Positions 54,245 through 64,000 of a DNA stretch of 64,000 bases are shown piece by piece. The notes beneath the pieces were generated by a model. That model worked only from the letters and a program-made list of their open reading frames with translations, did no database searches and was not told the origin of the DNA. Both the position numbers and the translations under genes were made by a program. The stretch comes from the human T2T-CHM13v2.0 reference genome, Homo sapiens. The stretch lies in the NCBI RefSeq assembly GCF_009914755.1, contig NC_060926.1; one strand, 5' to 3'. Each line of letters begins with the position of its first letter. Position 1 is the stretch's first letter.

Positions 54245-55763
54245 ACGTAATCTATAGATTCAATGCAATCCCTATCAAAGTCCCAGCAGTCTTTTTTTTG
54301 CAGATATGGAAAAGGTCCTAAAATTCCAATGGAATTCCAATAGCCAAAACAATCTTCAAACAGAAAAACAAAGTTGGAGGACTCACACTTCCCAATTTCA
54401 AAACTACTACAAAACTTCAGTAATCAAAACAGCATATCAATCAATGGAATAGAATTGAGAATGAAGAATAAACTCATACATATATAGTCAATTGATTTCA
54501 AAAAGGATAACAAGACATTCAATGGAGAAATAATAATCTCTTAAAGATATGAGACTAGAGAACTAGATATCCATATGCAAAACAATGAAGTTAGACTCTT
54601 GCCTCACACCATATATAAAAATTAACTGAAAATGGGTTAAAGACCTAAATGTATGAGGTAAAACTATAAAATTTTTAGAAGAAAATATAGGGATAAATCT
54701 AAATAAACATGGATTTGGCAAGGATCTTAGATATGACACCAAAAGCACAAGCAACAACAAAAGTAGATAAGCTGGACTTTATTAACACTAACATTTGTGC
54801 ATCAAAGGACACTATCAAGAGAGTGAAAAGATAACCCACAGAATGGGAGGAAATATTTACAATTCCCACATGTGATAAGAGGCTAACAAAGAACTTCTAC
54901 AACTCAACAACAAATAGACAATTCAATTTAAGAATAGGTAAATAATTTGAATAGATATTTCTTCAAAGAAGGCATAAAAATGGACAACAAGTATATAAAA
55001 AGTTATTCAACATCAGCAATCATTAGAGATATGTAAAACCAAAACCACAGTAAGATAGCACTTCATACCCACTGGGATGGCTATAATTTCTTAAAATGGA
55101 AAATGACACACATTGACAGGGCTATGGATAATGCTTGTTCATTGCTGATAGGAATTTACAATCACCCTTGTCATTGTGGAAAACAGTTTGGCAGTTCCTC
55201 AAAAAGTTAAGCATTGAATTACTACATGACCCAACTCTACTCCTAATTATATACCCAAAGAATTGAAAGCAGGTATTCAAACAAGATTTTGTATACAAAT
55301 GTCCATAGCAGCACTATTCATAGTAGTGAAAAGGTAGAAACTACCTAAATGTCCATGACCTCTTGAACGGATAAACAAAATGTGGTACATACAATGGCAT
55401 ATCACTCAGCCATAAAAGGAATGAAGTATTGATATATGGTACAACATGGATAAGCCTCAAAAACATTATACTAAGTGAAAGAAGCAGATACATAAGGTCA
55501 CAGATTGCATGATTCCATCTATATGAAATATCCAGAATAGTAAATCCTTGGAGACAGATAAATTAGCAGTTGCCAGGGGCTGAGGAAAAATGAGAATGGG
55601 AGTGACTCTTTAATGGGTTTCCTTTCAGGTGATTAAATGTTTTGGAACTAGATAGAGATGGTAGTTGCACAACACGTGAATGTACAAAAAGCCACTGAAT
55701 TGTATGTACACTTTTAAATAATTCATTTTATGGTATGTGAATTTTACCCATATAAAAAAAAAA
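54245..55763 (+). mobile_element. L1MB-like ORF2 3' half plus 3'UTR
   Basis: TCTATAGATTCAATGCAATCCCTATCAAA; AAGTTGGAGGACTCACACTTCCCAATTTCAAAAC; 3'UTR TTTTGGAACTAGATAGAGATGGTAGTTGCACAAC; A tail. Confidence 0.88.
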
Positions 55764-55769
55764 CACTTG

Positions 55770-56640
55770 GAGTTGCTCTCCCTTGTCTGCTGAATAAAGC
55801 ACAAACTCCTGACTTAATCTGGCATTTACCATTTTTAATCTGGTTCTGTCTCTTTCCAACCTCATCTCCTTCTATATCCCAAGCCCACCAGGGATGCATT
55901 GGTGATAGGGTTTGGCTCTGTGCCCACCCAAATTTCATCTTGAATTGTAGCTCCCATTATTCCCATGTGTTGTGGTAGGGACCTGTTGGGAGATAACTGA
56001 ATCACAGGAACAGTTTCCCCCATACTGTTCTTGTGATAGTGAATGAGTCTCATGAGATCTGATGGTTGGATAAGGGGAAACCTCTTTCACTTGGTTCTCA
56101 TTTTCTCTTGTCTGCCTCCAGGTAAGAGGTGACTTTCACCTTCCACCATGATTGTGAGACCTTCCCAGCCACAAGGAACTGTGAGTCCATTAAACCTCTT
56201 TTTCTTTACAAATTACCCAGTCTCAGATATGTCTTCATCAGCAGTGTAAAAACAGACTAATACGACTGGTACCTGCTTGAATCTTCTGTGCTCTCACTTG
56301 CCCCCACACCTTTGTACATGAATTGTCCATTCTTTCCCTTTCCTCCTCTGCCAGGCTAACTTCTACTTCTTTAAGATTCTTCTCAGATTGACTCTTTGGA
56401 AAGCATTTCCTAGTTCCCTCCCCCAGTCTTATTTCCTAGCTCCAGCTGGAGTATAGATTTCTAACTGTGGGCTCCCATAACACCCTTTGCATACTGCATT
56501 TGTCACGCTGTCTTCTAATTATCTACCCCTCCAAACTGTGAGTTTCTCCAGAGCAGAAATTGTGCCTTTCATCTCTATTAATAGCTCCTGGCAGTGGTCC
56601 TGGCACACAGCACATGCTTGTGAAGTGTTGAATTGTTAAA
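55770..56640 (+). mobile_element. L2 3' fragment split by THE1C
   Basis: AAAGCACAAACTCCT...; after the LTR, CCAAACTGTGAGTTTCTCCAGAGCAG...CCTGGCACACAGCACATGC. Confidence 0.7.
55903..56264 (+). mobile_element. THE1C solo LTR
   Basis: TGATAGGGTTTGGCTCTGTGCCCACCCAAAT...GGGGAAACCTCTTTCACTTGG...AACAGACTAATACG; TSD ATTGG / ACTGG. Confidence 0.92.
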
Positions 56641-56934
56641 CTGGATCACAACTTTCTCCAGCATGATTTTTGCTCATGTGCTTACTCCCTTGTTTGAGCA
56701 TCAGGCTTTCTCTGTTTCTTTACCTTAGACCACAATCTAACATATTCAGTCCCCTCACCATTATAGGCAAATGGTTACCAGGAGAACTGGGAGAGTGTAT
56801 GACTAGACCCCAGCAAACACGTGACCTCTGCAGGAACAGCTCAGCATTCATGCCCATTTCCTGGTGGATCGGGAATGTCACCTTCAATCAAAGGTTTACA
56901 AAAGAATAACTTAAGGCCTTGGGGTCAACAAAGG

Positions 56935-57110
56935 AAAGTTCAGTTTCCTATTGCCTCATTCACTTATACAGCATTTGCCAAATCACCTATGCCCTGTGGA
57001 ATTCATTTTCCTCATCTATAAAATGAGAATAAAAATAATTACTCTTCTTATTCATGGAATCACTTGAAGATTACAATGAAATAAAACAATGTATTCACAT
57101 CTATTGTGTT
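56935..57110 (+). mobile_element. MIR fragment
   Basis: TCATTTTCCTCATCTATAAAATGAGAATAA. Confidence 0.65.
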
Positions 57111-58397
57111 TTTAAATGTTTAAATATTACAGGCCTCAAATCTTTTCAAACTCATTCATAATAGAAACTTCATAATATAGGCAACCCAGATTGACCACCT
57201 TCTCAGTCATGGTTGGTAATTTTCTATATAACACAAAGAAGTAAATAAAAATTCTAACATGGCATGTAAATGTGAATGATTATTATGTATTCATCTTCAT
57301 CATCTCCTTAAGGCAGCATTATTGAGACTTCATCTGAGAAATAGTAGCATTCTTGGGAGTTTCTGTCCTATATATTAATACATGAATAACTGAGGCAAGC
57401 TGGAGAGTTTGGTTAATCCTGTTATCCTGGTACCTGATCAATGACTTTATTGTTGGGAAATGTTCTGGTGTGGAAAAGCTAAGCTATGCCCACTCTCATC
57501 ATGTGATAAAAGCTGCTTAAACTCTTGCCTAGATGAGATGATCTTTTACCAAAAAATCCCCAATAAATGTCTCCCTAGCTTGAAAATCTTTAGAGAATAC
57601 AGTTTCTTGGTTTTATTATGTTAAAGAAATATTGTTTTACACTTTTCCAATAAGTTTTTACTTTATTTTTGCATTGAAATATGTTATAATTTCCATTTTG
57701 TGACTCTCACTAATGATAACTTAAGGGACACTTTAACCTGTCCCTTCATCATAAAAACCTAGAGTCAACCAAGTTTGACTACCTTTCCCAGCTACAGTTG
57801 GTAATTTTTTTACCCTGTGAATGGCTAGCTTATCACTATTGTAAAGTGAATAAATAAGGAAAATAATTAGGTGGTTCATTTAGGCTCTTTTTGTATTTGC
57901 TTGTTGTAAATAAAAATTGAATCCAGTTTAAATTAAATGATTCTTGTCATAACCTATTGTAGGAGCATGAAATAATCTCAGAAAAAGTTCCAGCCATGCA
58001 CATCAGGAAAGCTTGCCAAAGTAAAGGGGAAACTACTTCTACAAAGAAGAAGAAATATTGCCTCCTCCTTTCAGGTACCAATCTGAAAGCTGTTCTCTTT
58101 TCCATCAAAATTAATGGTTGCTTTTATAACTTCCCTCTTCCCTAAAGAGAGAAGAAAGTCAAAGAGACCTAGAAGCAAACCTCGCCTGGTTTTCCAATAT
58201 CAGCTTACAATTTGCAAAGAATGTTCTAAAGGAAAGCAAACTTTACATTCTGGCTTTGCCTGAATACGTGCAATAGTAAATTGGTGACAGTAATAGCTTA
58301 AGCAATGGAAAAATAATGCATAAGCCTTATCTAAATCTAAGTTTAGACTCAAGTCTAAACATTGAGCAGTTACTAACTCTCTGTAAAATTAATAGTA

Positions 58398-59993
<1,596 letters not shown>

Positions 59994-60119
59994 TTAAAAG
60001 TTAACATCAAAAATGTTCCATGTGGGGAAAAACAGTGCCATGTATTATGTTTAAATTAAATGTTCAAGAAACTCTAAAATATGGGAGATAATGAAGGTTT
60101 TTCCATCTAGTCCTAATTG

Positions 60120-60470
60120 TTTTGTCTCTGACCTTCTCTCCTAGCACCTACTTCAAACAATCACACCCACGCTGCCCCAGAAGATGCTTCTATCCAGGCC
60201 TTAACTGTTAGCAGATCCCTACTCTTTCTTCATGATCCAATTCACTTGTTGTCTCTTCTGTGAATCCTTTCATTTCCCAGACACTCTGCTTCATGGCATC
60301 ACAGAGCTATATTCGCTTCTCTATTAAAGCACATATCATGTTAAGCTGCAATTCCTTGGAGTACCGGTCTGCTTCACAAGTTTTTTCTATTTTTATGTTC
60401 CTTGGACTTAGCAAACTGCCCCGCATTAAGTAGGGGTTCACAAATGTTTGTTGAAGAGATGAGTGAATCT
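60120..60470 (+). mobile_element. L2 3' fragment
   Basis: Pyrimidine-rich body ending GTAGGGGTTCACAAATGTTTGTTGAAGAGATGAGTGAAT. Confidence 0.65.
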
Positions 60471-60959
60471 CTCATTTCTCTTCTAGCCAGCCAGCTTTCT
60501 ACTTCCACAACAGCCTTGAAATCCCAGTTCCTATATCCTACACAAAGTCCAGTATTGTAAACCTCTTTGAGATACTAACATAGGGGATGAGTGAGTAATT
60601 TGGGTTGCAAGATCTTACCAGCATCATTAACTTTGGTTACAGAGAACATGCTAATTGCCTAGCAAAAGTCCAAATTGTACAACTTTGCAGTCTTTGCTGC
60701 CGGTGCATTAATATTAAAGGACATCTAAAAGTAGACAGAGGAGTCTGAAAATATATTCATATATGTTGTGCCCTACTCATGGGTGGGAGAAGCGTAAAGC
60801 AACTAGAATAAATAAAATACTACCCCACATGATTTAACATTCTTCAGCAGAATTTTTAGTGAAGGTGTACCATGATGGTTTATAGAGAAGGGAGGGGATA
60901 CATATCTGATTTGTTATAAATTGCTTTTTTAAAAATAGCACATAAACACTATGCTGCAC

Positions 60960-61330
60960 TGTCTGGTCTGTCCCGGAAGCTTGATTGCATTTGTTTGTTT
61001 TTGCTTGCCACCCCTCATCCATTTTCTGCTCCGCTTTGCTCTCTGCCCCAGAAGGCTAATTTGAATTTAGTATATCACAGGGCTGCCTTGCCCTCTGGCT
61101 TCCAAGTGGGTTTGTCCCACAGGATTCATTGGCCAACATCAGAGGGCATGGGGAGAAACTGATCTATTTCCCCCCTGCCCTCCCCACTTGGAGTTCTGAC
61201 AATAGCGGCATTCCATAGGGGCCCTTTTCCAGGGCCCCAGCTCTCCCCAGACTTGGGGAATCCTGTTCCCAGCTGATTGTGCCTGTTTCCTAGAAGGAAC
61301 CTGACTGATAGAATGGTCACCGGCCCACAA
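60960..61330 (+). mobile_element. ERVL LTR fragment (LTR41-like)
   Basis: TGCTCTCTGCCCCAGAAGGCT...CCTTGCCCTCTGGCTTCCAAGTGGGTTTG...CATCAGAGGGCATGGGGAG. Confidence 0.55.
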
Positions 61331-63014
61331 CTGGAAAAGTATGTGAATAAATGAATGCGGCTGGGTGCTTTTATTTCTTACGCTATTGTCTTCCACTGAG
61401 CAGTCTGTCCACTAAAACTATAATACAGAGGGGAGATTGTAAGGGTTGAAAAGAGCAATAGATAGAAATTTCAGTTATAAGCCCATTGATTTTTGCCCAT
61501 TTCAGGATCACAGCTTTGATGGGACAATAGGCAGTTCCTCCTGGTGATAGTTTTGAACACTGGCAATTAGACCTCACCAAGGGCACCTAGCTGGAGCCTC
61601 ACCTCTCCTCCCTCCAGCTGACCTCAGAAAAATGCTGTGCAACTGTGGCATCCTTCCATTCCATTCAATTAGCCTGCTTCAAGCATCTTCAATGGTTCGT
61701 TACTGTCAAAAAATACTGGTGAATATCTAGGGAGGCTTGTGTTATCTTTGCAAGATTTTACTTGTGTTCTTTTGTTTAAAAACACTTTGGATTCCCTTGA
61801 GATTATTATGATGCAGAGCCATATTTTCAAAAAGATTCCTCAATTCTTGCCAGTAAAAGCTCATCTGATCTCTGCTCAGTTTTCAAAAATGGCTTGAGTT
61901 TCCTCATTACTGGCACCATCTCATCCCTCCCCTTCTTGTTGCTGAATGCTCATAGCAGATTCCACAGGCGTGGGGATAATGTTGTCTGTCACTTAGAGAA
62001 AGGCAGATTCTTCTGGGAGTTAAAGGCAATGAATTCCAGAAAATGTTTTTCAGATGTTTGGGGTTTAATGAAACACAGGATGTGCACTGCCAGGTAGCAC
62101 CAATGTTCATTTTTAAGCTTTCCTTATGTTACCATATATTTGCCTAAAACACTGCCTTATGTTACTCTGCCTTTCAGTTTGCCTACATTTCTATGCAACA
62201 TTCCTAAGACTCCAGACTTTTTAAAGCCCATTTAAAAAATAGCCACCAAGAATAGAAAGATTTTTTTTAAAAAGCCCTTAGGCAACTGCATTCAGGTAGG
62301 AGCAAATAATTTAATTTGAAGCTCAGAAGTAATGAGGCTGATGGGAATTGCAAACATGGCCCAGTACTACATGCGTGAGAATCATTTACAAATGGCCTTC
62401 TTGTATTAAAATAACCGTTTAGATATAAATGACATCTACAATATCCATTGTTTTCAGAGCCACATACTCTGGTTTATTGAGGTAAATAGCTGTTCATAAC
62501 TCTGATCCCCTGAAAACCTCATTTTTCTGGAGGCTGATGGTTTTGAGTCAGCAGGCACTGTCTGGGTTTCTGTAGCAACCCTGGAGGCCACTGTCCCACA
62601 CCTGCTTCAGACGGTCAGAAGACACTATTTCCTTAGCCCTTGATCTATCTGGAGTTCACCATTCACGATGTCATTTGTGTAACAAGAGGGAAAGCAGCAG
62701 CACCACCCTGACCTTGGGAACATTTAAGAAGTCAGGAGAACTCCAGAGAAAGTGAGCCCACAAAAGCCATGTCCGTGTAAGGAGAATGTTTCCCAACACT
62801 ATGTAGAATGGCCAAATGAGAATGAAGCCTCAAGTGGTTTATTTCATCCTCCACATTGTGTGTCTGGGAGAGGAAATCTCTGATAAAGGATGTAATCAAA
62901 ATGAGTTCAAGTTGTTCGCTTTACCAAAAAGCCCTTCAACATTGCCGAGGCTAGAAGCATGTTGATTTACAACCACAGGGTTCATATTATTGCCTTTCTC
63001 CATCCTATATTTTA

Positions 63015-63240
63015 AGTTAATTAAATACTTATTGAGTCCATGAAACAACATCTACTAAGCCCTACACCAAGAATAGAAATAAATAACCAAATATAGTTCC
63101 TGCCCTCAAGTTTGCCATCTGGCTGAGAAAAGCAATCATAACTAGCTGATAGGGGCTGGGGGAATAAATGAGTACATGCCCCCAAATACGAAATAACACA
63201 GTACATGTTGACTCCTTTGGAGTGAAGGTAGACAACTATG
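63015..63240 (-). mobile_element. L2 3' fragment
   Basis: TAAATACTTATTGAGT...GTTCCTGCCCTCAAG. Confidence 0.6.
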
Positions 63241-63539
63241 TTTGTAATATGATTGAGATTGAGATCAAAATGCCTCCTGTCATCTAATTTTTTGGTAGTA
63301 TAACTTATGTCTCTCAGGAAAAATTATCATTGAGAAAATTATTCCCCAGTCCTACCAGGCCCTTCCAGAGAGCTGCAGTTTTACTCCTCTTCTTCATGTT
63401 TGTTGGGTACTTTGTTTAGATGAATGGTATACTGAGCTTTAAGAGGGACGTGACTTCTGTCAATTTTTCTTTTGTAATTCTATGTTACTAAGAACCCAAT
63501 GGCTATAAGACCTGATTTAAGTTTTTCCAAAGCTAAGGT

Positions 63540-63737
63540 AACAGTTTTCAAAGCGTGCTTCAAGGGCCTCCTACATAAAAATTAATAGGATGCATGCTAA
63601 AATTTGATTTTCTGGGCTATGACATTCTGAAGACCTACTGACCTAAAATATCTGGTGAAACAGCCCAAGGATCTTAATTTTAATGAGTATCTCAGGTTAT
63701 TATTGAATTTCCACCACCAGTAGTTTGAGAACCACTG
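63540..63737. mobile_element. MER5-like MITE
   Basis: GTTTTCAAAGCGTG...TTCTGGGC...AGACCTACTGA...AGTTTGAGAACCACTG. Confidence 0.75.
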
Positions 63738-63815
63738 GTTTAAGGGCTTTGCTGACTTTGGGGCATCCTCCTAACCCTATTCTTGATAACAAAATCTGTA
63801 AAGAATCATCCCTTC

Positions 63816-64000
63816 AGCCAGGTGCAGTGGCTCACGCCTGTAATCCCACCACTTTGGGAGGCCAAGGTAGGCAGATCACTTGACGCCAGGAGTTCAAGAC
63901 AAACCTGGCCAACATGGTGAAATCCTGTCTGTACTATAAATAAAAGCACAAAAATAACCAGATGTGGTGGTGTGCACCTGTAGTCCCAGCTACTCTGGAG
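63816..64000 (+). mobile_element. Alu (S/J type), truncated by the window end
   Basis: GGTGCAGTGGCTCACGCCTGTAATCCC...CAGGAGTTCAAGAC...CTGTAGTCCCAGCTACTC. Confidence 0.92.

Noticed and set aside
58341-58360. Palindrome GTTTAGACT-ca-AGTCTAAAC
   Set aside because: Isolated 9-bp stem with no TSD or extended hairpin; no evidence for a MITE or miRNA.

Overview
Eukaryotic, AT-rich, CpG-depleted DNA with dense primate and mammalian repeats. It is almost certainly human, because an AluYb8/Yb9-type element with a perfect TSD sits at 41608-41918. The window reads as intronic or intergenic: no intact protein-coding gene, CpG island, RNA gene or CRISPR array is recognisable, and nearly all tracked ORFs are TE remnants or chance frames. 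Main content: a decayed ~4.6 kb ERV-L internal region (gag/pro/RT/RNaseH/IN/dUTPase), a 5'-truncated L1PA3, an antisense L1PA7-like fragment, old L1M/L2/CR1/MIR copies, many solo LTRs (MLT2A, MLT2, MLT1, MST, THE1C, MER11C, LTR33, MER34-like), hAT MITEs (MER5, MER20, MER33) and ~15 Alu-derived elements. Best observations: (1) an antisense RPS15A retrocopy fragment that replaced ~90 bp of the ERV-L RT with no TSD; (2) a candidate minus-strand start-codon exon with GCCACCATG, 9 codons and a GTGAGT donor; (3) a three-monomer Alu under one TSD, split by a MER11C solo LTR; (4) a young, possibly polymorphic AluYb9; (5) two candidate plus-strand microexons and several TF-motif clusters. I cannot support a wholly new biological system here. 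Repeat subfamily names come from recalled consensus sequences, and boundaries of old repeats are approximate.
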